Shown here in pieces: positions 48,558 through 60,268 of a stretch of 64,000 nt of DNA. The stretch spans positions 17,056,001 through 17,120,000 of the forward strand of contig CP086569.2 in assembly GCA_009914755.4 (NCBI GenBank). Reading direction: 5' to 3'. This DNA comes from the human T2T-CHM13v2.0 reference genome, Homo sapiens. The translations under genes were made by a program, and so were the position numbers. Positions within the stretch are counted from its first letter, which is position 1, and the number at the start of each line of letters is the position of its first letter. Under the pieces are notes generated by a model that ran no database searches, was not told the origin of the DNA, and was given only the letters and a program-made list of their open reading frames with translations.

Positions 48558-50197
48558 TTATTTGCCATGAGATGAGTGCTGAATTCATTCCAGGCTCCCC
48601 TGGACAGACAGTGGTCTTATAGGGGAGGTGCCACCTGAAGACTTTCCAAGGCACCATAGGCCACCGTATTCCGGAGGGGGAACGGATCGACTGCTGGTGT
48701 GTGCCCACCAAATTCAACTCCTGAGTCCTCAGTCTCTGGTCCTGGGACGGTAAGTCAGATCTGACTCTGTTTCTCTGGGAGGGAAATGGCCCTATTGAGG
48801 GCCCTCCCTCAGACTCTGTCCACACTCCAGGACACTGGAGGGCAAAGTCCTGGTTTCTGTCAGGCTTCTCTGTTAAGACTCTCACACTCCCTCTCTGTCT
48901 CTTCTTCTTCTCTCATTCAGGTCTCAAGGAGACCCCTGTTTAAATGGGTATGAAAAATTATAATAAACTCTGAAGGAGTGAGTGAGTGAATGTGGAGTTC
49001 AAGGGCTTTTGCTTGAATTTCAAGTTTGTAGCTCCATGGCAAAAGCTACAGAGTTTGAGTGGGCCCTCACCTGTGGTTCCGGGTGACCTCATAAGGCTTA
49101 GGGTAGCAAAGGGCATAGCTCGACCTGAGCTGGGGGTTTATACTGGCCTGCCAATGTCAAGAGGAGCCTAAGTCCCTGCAAGGGGAGTGGCCAGGCAGGC
49201 ATCTGACTAATCACATCACAGAAGCCCCTCATCTTGTCTGTTTATAAAAACTTTCATAACTGTTTATATACCCCAGTGTCTATTCTCCTGTCTGGTGTTT
49301 GCCTAAGTTTCACATGTCAGGTCTTCAATACTGCCCAAGATGACTGGGCAAGGACTTCTTCAAGGTCGTTAGTACAGATTTTCTATCCCAGGAGTTCAAA
49401 TCTTTCATCAGTCATTTGGGCTGGCCATCCGAGTCCTGTCTTTTCTGTCGGAAAAAAGTCAGGTGTTGTTATGGGGAGGTGTATGGGAAACAGTCTCTCG
49501 TTTGGGATTTCTGGCACCATAAAGGTTGCTGGCATTTGGATTGCCATACCTCAAACCCCAGTGACTGAAACACCTCCTCCTTAGATCAGTGGGGGATTCA
49601 AAATAGCCACCCTGCAGATTTCCTTGCTCACCTTTTCTGTCATCCTGTAACTTTTCCCATGCCCTTGGATAAGGCACTGTGCAGAGAAACCTACGCCTGT
49701 ACTGTCTTATTCCATCTGGACTCTTATTCTATCCCTCTGTAGCTACTCTCCTACCTTAGGAAAGATCCAAGTGGCCCCTTTCCTACTCATCCCCATCCCT
49801 TACCCCGTACATTTCATTTTCCTGTGTCACAGCAAGTCCAGCACCTCCAAGACTTGGCTCTGCTCACCCTCCTAAAACCCTTAAAAGAAAAAGCCAAGTT
49901 TGAACTGTTTGCCTTTGAGTCATGAAGACACCAAAAATATTCAGGCTATAAGTCAAAAAGGAAGGAGGGATCATGTAGGTCCCACAGGCCTCAGACCCAC
50001 CTCTTGTCCTCTCCCTAGATCTCAAAACCTAAAGAGAAAGAGCTTATGTGGCAAGAAGTGTTGGCTATAGTTGCTTTCCTACTTCTTCTGGTCGTAATAT
50101 TTCTGTTCTTCTGATACTACGGGCCCCCAGAGAGTGAATTGCTCTGTCCATGCTGGATTTAATATTTCTGCTCAATCCTTGTTAAATTGCTTCCAGA

Positions 50198-50560
50198 ATG
50201 GGAAGCTCTTCTTCCTGGCCTCATAGAGATTGGAGCCCTCTCCAATGTATGTTACAAAATTTCTCCCTGGGCTTCTCAGAGGATTATGGGGTTTGCCTTA
50301 AAAAAGGCAAATTCTGGACACTCTGTGAAGTAGAACGGCTACAGTTTGGAACCGGGTGGCCCCCAGAAGGGTCACTGAATGTGTGTGGCAGTTCATTGCT
50401 GGAACTCCCAGTCACCCTGATCAGTTTCCCTACATTGATCAATGGCTGAGCTTGGTCTGGGGCCCTTCCCCTTGGCTCCACTCATGTGCTGTTCATAATC
50501 CTACCTCCAAGGTGCTTTTGAGCCAGGCCTCACTGTCATTCTGACCCTCAGCCCCCTCAG
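50198..50560 (+). pseudogene. gag: ERV-2 gag matrix (MA) remnant, MLV-like, frameshifted
   Basis: ORF 50198-50449 MGSSSSWPHRDW...KKGKFWTLCEVERLQFGTGWPPEGSLN and ORF 50356-50544 ...HPDQFPYIDQWLSLVWGPSPW. They resemble MLV [22 protein letters not shown]...[27 protein letters not shown]...[21 protein letters not shown]. Confidence 0.65.
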
Positions 50561-50762
50561 CTCCTCCTGTACTGCCTTTTTCTGAAGAAGAGGAAAGTTT
50601 TTCTCACGCATTTCCACCACCCCATAACCCTCCTGCTCCACCAAAATCTTGCCTCGTTTCTTTGACTACATCCCCTGTGGCCTCTCTGCCTACAGCCTCC
50701 TGATTATGACCGCTGGAGAATAAAGCTAATCCTCTCCTATTGTATCTACAGATTGTGTTTCC

Positions 50763-53624
50763 TTGAGTCTGGGCCAAGTCAAAATCCCCAGGACTAGCAA
50801 AGCATCATCCACTGTTAGTTGTAGAACTCCTGGTCACTGCCCTGCCAGTCCAGGTAAAAAAAACTATCCTATGAGTCAGCGGGCTAGAGAGGGAATCAAT
50901 CCCCATATTCAGGGGCTATTACAAGCTGGTATACTCACAGCGTGTTAGTTGGCCTGGAATACTCCATTTTTGTCGGTCCAGAAACCTGGAACAAATAATT
51001 ACCAGCCTGTACAGGACTTGCAGGAAGTTAACAAGTGGACAGTCACTGTCCATCCAACTGTCCCTAACCCTTATACTTTATTCAGCCTGCTTTTGCCAGA
51101 ACATACAGTATGTGCTGTCCTGGACTTAAAAGAGGCTTTCTTTGCTATTTCTCTGGTCCCCAAATGCCAATCTATCTTTGCTTTTGAATGGACAGATCCT
51201 GGCTTGGGAGACACCACTCAATTAACCTGGACTCAGCTACCCCAGGGTTTTAAAAATTCCCCCACACTTTTTGGAGAAGCCCTCCAACAAGATCTCATAC
51301 CATTCTGAGCCAGTCACCCTAACTGCACTTTTCTCCAGTACGTGGATGACCTTTTATTAGCTGCTAAAACTACTGACAGCCGCCTGCAATATACTAGAGA
51401 CCTGCTTTGCCTTCTCCAGAAACTTGGGTACTGGGTTTCAGCTAAGAAGACCAAGCTTTATCTCCCCAGGGTTTCCTATCTGGGGTATGAGATAGACAAG
51501 GGAAAAAGGGCACTCACCAGTGCTCAAAAGGAAACCATCCTGTGGATCCCCACTCCCATCACCAAGAGACAGGTACATGAATTCCTGGGGTCTGTAGGAT
51601 ACTGTCATCTATGGATATCAGGGTTTGTGGAAATCACCAAGCCCCTAAACTCTGTTATAGGAGAAAATGACCTGCTAGCTTGGACTTACACAGAGGAACA
51701 GGCTTTTCAATACTGGAAAAAACCATTAACTGAGGACCCTGCTCTAGCCCTCCCAAATAATCTCAAAACCATTTCACCTTTTTGTTCATGAAAGCCAGGG
51801 AGTCACTAGACGGGTACTCACTCAAACTTTGGGGCCATGGTGATGCCCAGTGGCCTATTTGTCTAAGAAACTGGACCCCTGGACCCTGTGGCCTCCAGGT
51901 GGCCAAGATGTCTGCGAGCCATAGCAGCCACAGCAAGCCTGGTTCAGGAGTCTGATAAACTGACTCTAGGTAAAAATTTAACCCTTATGGCTCCTCGTGC
52001 CATAGAGACATTGCTACAAAGTGCTTCTGCCAAATAGATGTCGAACGCTTGCATCCTGCAGTATCAAAATTTACTGTTAGATCAGCCTCGTGTAACTTTC
52101 TCTCCCACAAGGTGTTTAAATCCATCTACCTTGCTCCCTGATCCAGACCTTACCACACCTATCCATGACTGTGAGGAACTGTTAGTGACTATAGAAATTG
52201 GCTGACCTGATCTCCAAGATGTGCCTTTAAAGGAGGCAGACACCACCACATTTACAGAGAGTAGCAGCTTCCTCAAACAAGGAGTATGAAAGCCTGCTCC
52301 AGCCATTACTATGGAAACAGATATACTGTGGGCCCAGGTGCTGCTGGCAGGCAACTTGGCAAAGAGGGCTGATTAGTTGCCCTCACTCAAGCTTCCGATA
52401 GGGCAAAAATAAATGCATTAACATCTACACTGACAGCAGATATACGTTTGCTACTGTCCATGTACACAGAGCCATCTATCAGGAGCATGGGCTACTCACC
52501 TCAGAAGGAAAAACTATCAAAAATAAAGAAGAAATTTTGGCCTTGCTTGAAGCTGTTTGGTTCCCTCAACAGGTGGCTGTAATTCACTGCGAAGGACAAC
52601 AAAAAGAAGATATGGTCATTGCTTGTGGTAACCAAAGAGCAGATTCTGCAGCTAAAAAGACAGCTCAGTTTCCAGTCATGCCTTTGACTCTGCTGCCCTC
52701 TATATCCTTTCTGCAGCCTGACTTTCGAGACCACCCAGAATACTCCCTAGAGGAGGAAAAAGAGGCTTCAGATCTTCAGGCCAGTAAAAATCAGGAAGGT
52801 TGGTGAATTCTTCCTGATCCCAGAATCTTCATGCCCCAAGTCCTCGGGGAAACTTTAACCAGTCATCTGCATTCTACCACACATTTGAGAGCAATAAAAC
52901 TGGCCCAGCTTCTAAAGAGCCATTTCAAGATCCTCCACCTTCAGGGCTTAGCTAACCAAGCAGCCCTCTGGTGTATAGGTTGTGCTCAGGTAAATGACAA
53001 GGAAGGTCCTAAACCCAGCCCAGGCCACCGCCTCTGGGGAGACTCACCAGGAGAAAGGTGGGAATTGACTTTACAGAGATAAAACCACACTGGGCAGTGT
53101 ATAAATACCTCCTGGTGCTAGTAGACACCTTTTCCAGATGGACTGAGGCATTTGCCACCAAAAACGAGACTGCCACCATGGTAGTTAAGCTATTACTCAA
53201 TGAAATCACTCCTTGACATGGGCTGCCCGCTGCCATAGGGTCTGATAATGGACCAGCCTTCACCTCATCTGTAGCTCAATCAGTTAGTGAGACATTAAAC
53301 ATTCAATGGAAACTCCATTGTGCCTATCAACCCCAGAGCTCTAGGCAGGTAGAATGCATGAACTGCATCCTAAAAAGTAATCTTACAATATTAATCCTAG
53401 AGACCAGTGAGAATTGGGTAAAACTCCTTTCTCTAGACCTTCTTAAAGTAAGATGCACCCCTTACCAGGCTAGGTTTTCACCTTTTGAAATCATGTCTGG
53501 GAGGGCTCCTCCTACCTTGTCCAAACTAAGAGATACCCATTTAACAGAAATCTCACAAGCTAATTTGTTACAGTACCAGCAGTCTCTGCAACAGGTACAA
53601 GACATTATCCAGCCACATGTCTGA
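50763..53624 (+). pseudogene. pol: ERV-2 pol remnant (protease C-term / RT / RNase H / integrase), MLV-like, several frameshifts
   Basis: 50763-50948 ...INPHIQGLLQAGILTAC (PR/RT junction, MLV IKPHIQRLLDQGILVPC); 50949-51308 [27 protein letters not shown]...VLDLKEAFF...[20 protein letters not shown] (RT); 51342-51791 ...MDDLLLAAKT (first M is the third residue of YVDD) (RT active site); 52537-52806 ...VAVIHCEGQQKEDMVIACGNQRADSAAKK (RNase H); 52831-53082 H...H...CIGC zinc finger; 53358-53624 IN C-terminal region. Confidence 0.8.
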
Positions 53625-53932
53625 GGAGCACATCCCAATCCAGTTCCCGACCACAAGGGGCTCTGCCACTCTTTCCAGCCAGGTGACCTGGTGTATGTTA
53701 AAAAGTTCCAGAAAGAAGGACTTACTCCTGCCTGAAAAGGACCTGATACTGTCATCCTCACCACACCAAGAGCTCTAAAAGTAGATAACATTCCTGCTTG
53801 GATTCATCACTCTTGCATCAAGAAGACTAACAAAACCCAGCAAGAAACATGGGTCCCCAAGACTGGTAGAGGCCCCTTACAACTGCACCTAAGTCAAGTG
53901 AAGCCAGTAGATTAATTCTTTATCTCTTTTGT

Positions 53933-54175
53933 TTGTTTCTGCCTGTCGTGCCCTCTGCTTCTTCCTACTCTTTATTCCTGACTTCTTTCATGACAGGAAG
54001 TGTGTTTGCAAACACCACCTGGAAGTCGGGGACCTACAAGGAAGTCTCTTTGGCAGTCGATTTATGTGCTCTGTTTCCAGAGCCTGCTCATACGTTCGAA
54101 GAGCAACACAATCTGCCAATCATAGGAGCAGGGAACATCGACCTTGCTGCAGAGTTTGGACACTCCAGAGGCTAG
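53933..54175 (+). pseudogene. env: ERV-2 env N-terminal stub (signal peptide); the rest of env is deleted
   Basis: ORF MFLPVVPSASSYSLFLTSFMTGSVFANTTWKSG... begins ~100 bp after the integrase C-terminus (...AWIHHSCIKK). It runs into the 3' LTR within ~300 bp. Confidence 0.5.
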
Positions 54176-54224
54176 ACTGGATGTGGAAGCTCCAAAGGTG
54201 CAGAAAAAGGACTCCAGAACGTTG

Positions 54225-54708
54225 AACTTTACTTCTGTCCTGGAAATCACCTTGACTCTAGGTGTCAAGATTCTTACCAATTTTTCTGCCCTGACTAGAC
54301 ATGTATAACTTTGGCCACCTACTCTGGGGGATCAATCCGACCTTCAACCTTTTCCATAGCTCATGCTTCCCATCCTAAACTGTGTGCAAGGGGAAATTGC
54401 AATCTTCTTACTATAACCATCCGTAACCCCAATTTAGCTCAATGGCATTATGGCATGTCATGGGGATTAAGGCTTTATATCGCTGGATTTGATGTTGAAA
54501 CTGTGTTCAGCATCCTATGTTCCAAAAACACCCAGACAGGGTCAATTTAACTGTTCCACCACCACTCCTGGTTGCTAAACCTCAGCTGCAATGACAAGAC
54601 CTCCAGCTCAGCCTGATATCCATTCTGGGTGGGGTACATCAGCAAATAAAGGACTGCTAAATTAGTCTCAAAGTGTGGCATTTCTCTATAACTAGCTCAG
54701 TTACAACA
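54225..54708 (+). mobile_element. ERV-2 3' LTR (U3 strongly diverged from the 5' LTR; R/U5 ~96% identical)
   Basis: agcaaataaaggactgctaaattagtctcaaagtgtggcatttctctataactagctcagttacaaca (54641-54708) vs 48470-48537 differs at 3 positions. The upstream U3 is only weakly alignable (shared tgt/tga start, ...ttgactc..., ...ccgtaacc...). PPT-like gcagaaaaaggac at ~54197. Confidence 0.55.
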
Positions 54709-54913
54709 ACAGGACCAGTTTAAAAGGGGTCAATGAAATAAGCCAGGTATGTTTAATTTCAACATCTGTTTTTTTTCTTTTCATCCACAATTATATCATC
54801 AATAAAAATATCTTCAGAGATTCAAAAAAAAGCCATTGATTTTTGTTATATTTCCTGAATAAATTCTGAGATCAGGATAGCCCTTGTTCTCCTTACTTGA
54901 ATTTTGGCATATG

Positions 54914-55225
54914 GGCTGGGCACAGTGGCTCACGCCATAATCTCAGCACTTTGGGAGGCCAAGGTGGACAGACCACTTGAGGTCAGGAGTTCAAGACCAG
55001 CCTTGCAAACATGGCAAACGAAGTATCTACTAAAAATACATAAAGTTGGCCAGGCATGGTGGTGGGCACCTGTAGTCCCAGCTACTCAGGAGGCTGAGGC
55101 AGGAAAATTGCTTGAACCTGGGAGGCAGAGGTTGCAGTGAGCTGAGATCATGCTACTGAACTCTCCAGCCTGAGTGACAGACTGAAACTCTGTCACCAAA
55201 AAAAAAAAAAAAAAAAAAAAAAAAA
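54914..55225 (+). mobile_element. Alu (AluS/Y-like) with ~28-nt A tail
   Basis: ggctgggcacagtggctcacgccataatctcagcactttgggaggccaaggtggacagaccacttgaggtcaggagttcaagaccagcc...ctgagtgacagactgaaactctgtcacc(a)28. Confidence 0.85.
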
Positions 55226-56229
55226 GGAAATGTTGGTGTGTGTGAAAAGAAAATTTGGATTTAGGTAAGGAGACTTTTTTTTTTTTTTTTTCTGGATAGG
55301 ATGATTGCAACAGGAGAGAGAAGATGACTATAGCAGTCAGGTAAACTCTCCTTTTATGATATCTGCTGGCAGTTCACAGGTTAAGTGGAAAATAAGCTTT
55401 TCTTTTATGGGTATATAGGATGAAAAGGTAACTGTACCAACTAGTAGGTGAGAGGATGTTTTAACCCAGGCCACCCTTTTCTCAAAAGGGCCTCTTAACA
55501 GTAGGCAATGTGCTTGTTAACAAATGTTCCTTTAGCAAGCATTTTGCTTGACTAGTGTATGGGGAAGAAACCATTCAGTTAGTCATTGAAAAGTCAATGA
55601 ATTCCCAACAAATGGATCCACTAGCATGTAGATCCCCATCAGATATGGGGGAACTAAGGACTTAACTCTTGCCAGTATTCTTTGTTTTACATTTCTTCCT
55701 GATGAGATTGGAGGAAGTCACACCCACAGACCAGAGTTAACGTTCTTTTCTGCTGAAGGCAATTTTTTAGATAAAACTTTCCCTCCTTAACCAATCAGAA
55801 ATCAGAAAATATTTCAATCCAGCTGTCATTTTTGGGTGGCCCACTTCAAAATATCCTGCCTTTTTAATTCAAACTGTGGGATATGAGGAGGTTTCTCTTT
55901 AAATAGCCTGATCAATCCTTTATTGTTTAATTTATAGCATCCCCCCTACATCCCTTTTTCCTTTTTCTCTCTTTTTTCTTCCTTTCTCCCTTTTTTATAT
56001 GCCCAGACATGCCACAGTACCAGGCGTTGCCAGCTCACATTCCTTTCACTATTTAGAAACAAGACTAGCTGTCTAGCTCATTACAGACACCGTTTTTTTC
56101 CCCTCTCTCCTTTATGTGCCCAACTTATTTAAAAAAAAAAAAAAAGTTCAGATGTTTAGCCAACCAGGATTAGTTTAGAGAGTATGACCCGACCCTGGCC
56201 AATGGGGAAAGGGTACATACGGGGCAGGA

Positions 56230-56601
56230 CTTGTCACACACATCTGTGTGAAAAGAACAATTAAACAGGCTTTGCGTGAGCAATAAAGCTGTTTTTTTCC
56301 ACCTGGGTGCAGGCAGGCTGAGTCTGAAAAGGAGTTGGCAAAGAGAGTTATGGGTGGGGCAGTTTTATAGGATTTGGGTAGGTAGTGCAAAATTATAGTC
56401 AAAGGGTGTTTGCTCTCTTGCAGGAAGGGGTGGGGGTCACAAGGTGCACAGTGGGGGAGCTCCTGAGCCAGGAGAAGGAATTTCACAAGATAATGTTATC
56501 AGTTAAACAGGAACGGGCCATTTTCACTTCTTTTGTAATTCTTCAGTTGCTTCAGGTCATCTGGATGTATACGTGTAGGCTTAGACTCAGAGGCCTGACA
56601 T
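56230..56601 (-). mobile_element. LTR7-like (HERV-H-type LTR) copy, reverse orientation
   Basis: ...aacaggctttgcgtgagcaataaagctgttttttt.cacctgggtgcaggcaggctgagtctgaaaag...gggggtcacaaggtgcacagtgggggagctcctgagccagg...cttcaggtcatctggatgtatacgtgtaggc.tagactcagaggcctgaca is the reverse complement of the LTR7 landmarks (TGTCAGGCCTCTGAG...ATCCAGATGGCCTGAAG...CACCTTGTGACCCCC...CACCCAGGTG.AATAAACAGC). Confidence 0.6.
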
Positions 56602-58134
56602 GACTTGCATCAGGAATGATGTCTCTTGTGCCCCTTTATTCAGGTGTGCTCTCATGGCTACTGGCCAAGGAGAAGCACCCCTCTGTGCAGAAATAAAATG
56701 GCTTTGCTAAGAATCCTTTGTTTGAGTGTCCAATTTCCTTAGGATTTTGAATATTATTCCCATTAAAACCAATGTATGATCTCCACGTATTCATTTACAA
56801 TGTTACCTGTGACTTCTGCATTCCTGAAATGTACTACTGCCTTTAAAAACCATTACTTGCAAGCCACCGGGAGGTTAGGTCTTCAGTGAGAACTGCCCAA
56901 TTCTCTTTGCTTGGTGTCCTGCAAATATAAACACCCTCCTTTCCGCTGCTTCAAAACCTCAGTGTGAATGTTTGGCCTTACTGTGCCAGGCAAGGAACCC
57001 CTAGATGGGTCCAGTAACACCACCAGCATTTTGTTGGAATCATAAAGACTGAGTAATCTTCAAGGTCAAGACTGCAGAGCCTCAGAGCTTGTCTGCTGCC
57101 GATTACAATTAAACCCTACTCACAATCCCTCCTTTCCCGTGCTTAAATCATGGAATGAGAGACATTTGAGACGCCAGGACAAAAATCTTGGAAATGCCAA
57201 ATACCTGTAGTTATCTACTTCTCATATGCTCTTTCCAAAACAGAAAGTGAAAAATTTTAAAGTGGTTGATATTCCCAGTAGATTCCAAGTTTATCATATC
57301 TGTCTGAAAATGTTAATCTCTGATTACCCTATCAAATGTGCCCATAAGTCTGCAGTATTTTATTTATTTATTTTTTAGGGCACTTTCCTTCATAATTCTT
57401 CTATTGTGTGAATAATTCTCCAAAAATAAAATGAAAGATGGAAAAATAAAACCTCAGTAAAATACAGGAAAGTAATTGTTTCTGTGATTCTCAATACATA
57501 TTAAACAGAAAAAAAAAAAGCAGTTGAGTTTTGAAGAAAACAGATGTTGAAGATATGTGACTTCATTAAGCCAGAGATCAAATTAATTGCTATGAAGGCA
57601 GTCCACTGAGGTAGCCAGGAAATTAGTGAAAGCAGGTTTTCAGTATTGAAAAAAAGGAAATGAAAATTATGACTTAGGCACAATTCTGTAAGTACGGTAT
57701 TTTAAAAATACATTATAAAATTTACAGTGTATATTTTCAGGTTTCATCAATGCATGTGTCAAGATGCTGGCATAATTTTATTGATCCTAAACATCAAACT
57801 ACTTTGGAAAAATATCAAAACCTGTAGAAAAATACATTAATTTAGAAAAATGAATTAGAAAAATGAATAAATTTTCCATCATGTCTCAGGGTTACAATAA
57901 TTTTATCTTCAAAGAAAAGCTATCATTACACCCTGAAATAATGGATGGATACCCAAGGCATATGATAGTTTGCCTCGTATGTCTTTCAGAAAATGAATAA
58001 AATTACTGAAAATTGTCCGGTTATATACAACTTAGAGTTATGTTGAAAAAGACAATAGTTTCTCCTTCATAGACTCAGTAGCAGAGGGATGTCATAGAAT
58101 TGTCAATAAAGTCATAAGGGTTCCCTTCTATAAG

Positions 58135-58823
58135 TGTAATGCCAAAGGGTCTTGTCTTAGCCATGCCAAAGGATTGGTGTGGCAGCAGCCTGTGGTGAGA
58201 GAGAGATACGGATAGGACTGAGAGAAAGAGGTTGTAGGCTTTATTAAGCAGAGTAACAGTACAAAGCTTCCACAGCATGGAAGGGCTCCCAAGCGGGTAG
58301 CCAGTGTTAGATTTTTCAATCACCTTTTAAACTCTTCAAGGCGCGAAATACGTGTGGACGGAAGATGTTACCAGAGCGAGAAACAAAGACAATTAACGTG
58401 TCTCAGATCTTGAAGAAAACCAGAACTGCCACTTGTTTTGTCTACTTTATGACCTTGCAGAGTCAAGGCAAAGGAGTCAGTATCTCACAGGATTTTACAA
58501 ATTGTGTTTCCAAATAATTGGAATTGGGAGAATAGATAACCTCTGCTTGTCACAGAAAAACAGGCTTTTAATATTCCTTTTAGTTTCAGGGGATGGGGAA
58601 GGGAGAGAGGACACAGGGAAGCTTACAACAACATTTTCACTGTTTCTAGCTTTCTTGGGGAAGAAAACACATGTACAAATTCTGATGTTAGGGATATTTT
58701 AAACATATATCTTCAATATTATTCATCCAGGACCAAAGTATGTCCTGATGCAGGAAATAAGTGAGTTTCACAGCTTTCTGAGCCCCTACTCTACCCAGGA
58801 AGACCAGATGGCACCTCCTCTCA
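58135..58823 (-). mobile_element. Solo LTR of the ERV-1 LTR family, with 4-bp TSD TAAG
   Basis: Aligns along its length with 14389-15096 and 22956-23585, including the ~85-bp segment missing from the 5' LTR copy. Flanks ...ctaTAAG|tgtaat...cctctca|TAAGcat. No internal ERV sequence on either side. Confidence 0.8.
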
Positions 58824-59214
58824 TAAGCATCAACTCCCCTTGAAAGTGGCACAGTTACATATACAAACAAGAATAATATTAATGCCAATTAATAGAGATA
58901 TTGAATGGAATTTTGCAAATAAAATACATAACCTAAATTGACAGCTTCCATAGGCCCTGGGGAATGACTTCAAAATACACTGCCTACTTGCTTTTCTCTT
59001 TTCTTTTCTGTTAACAGACTAAGTTGCAGTAAACACTCAGCCTTCTCTGTCTCACAGAACCACACCATCTAGTCCCATTCTGGAAAATGGGGGTAGAATA
59101 CTGGGAAGAGGGTACCTTGGAAATATGCCTCGGGTTTTTACTCTTCTCCTTCTCTTTCTCCTTGAAATTTACAATCTGTGGACAGTCAGTACCACTCAGA
59201 TGTTTGTGTATGTT

Positions 59215-59830
59215 TCTGTAGATGGATACGCCAGATAGATAAGATTGATAGAAGATAGACAGGTGAGATTGATAGATGATGGATAGATGGATAATAGAAG
59301 ATATATTTAAATAATAGATATAAAATATGGATAATTGATAATCGATGTATATAAGTTGGATGATAGATGGGTACCTAAATGGGAGAGATAGATGTTGGAT
59401 GGATGGATAGACAGTGGAAATGCTATTTCAATAATAGATATGACACGTAGATATTTGAAAAAAGTAATAGATATAGATGATGAATGCATACATGAAGAAA
59501 TGATAGAAAGTATGTTTAGATGCCAGCGATGAATATAGCTTATTGATAATAGATAATTGATAAATGGATAAATAGGATAGATAGGTAGTTTAGCTAGACA
59601 ATATAAAAGACACATAAATAATATATATATAATTTAGGATATTAATAAATATTTAGTAACAAGTGATGCTGGATTGAGGGACAGAGAGGTAACAGAAAAG
59701 ATACTTAAGTTTTATATAAAATATTGATTATTGATGATAGAGAATATTTGATGAACTAGAGGATGAACGATGGATGAACAGGAGATATGAATGAAAAGTT
59801 AGATGGATGGATAACAAGATAGGTGGTAAA
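59215..59830. repeat. Degenerate (GATA/GATG)n-derived minisatellite-like block (~600 bp)
   Basis: gatggatacgccagatagataagattgatagaagatagacaggtgagattgatagatgatggatagatggataatagaagatat... Confidence 0.8.
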
Positions 59831-59945
59831 TATTCACTTCTATAGCTCACTCTTTTTCTATGCAAACAAACATAGACGTACACACGTACACACTATGTAT
59901 GTGTATGTATGTGTATACCTCTCTATATGCAAATTTTTTTTCTGT

Positions 59946-60268
<323 letters not shown>

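Larger units (their letters stand above)
47985..54708 (+). mobile_element. Class I (gamma-/MLV-like) endogenous provirus, ERV-2, with large gag-pro and env deletions; 4-bp TSD ACAG
   Basis: 5' LTR 47985-48537 ends ...cagttacaaca, followed by tt + PBS-like tggaagtcccggcgagat. MA-like gag start at 50198; pol ORFs 50763-53624; env signal-peptide stub 53933-54175. 3' LTR ends ...cagttacaaca at 54708. ACAG at 47981-47984 and 54709-54712. Confidence 0.8.

Noticed and set aside
59215-59830. Regularly spaced short repeats that could superficially resemble a CRISPR array
   Set aside because: This is eukaryotic (Alu/L1/HERV-dense) DNA. The repeats are degenerate GATA microsatellite units with no unique spacers.
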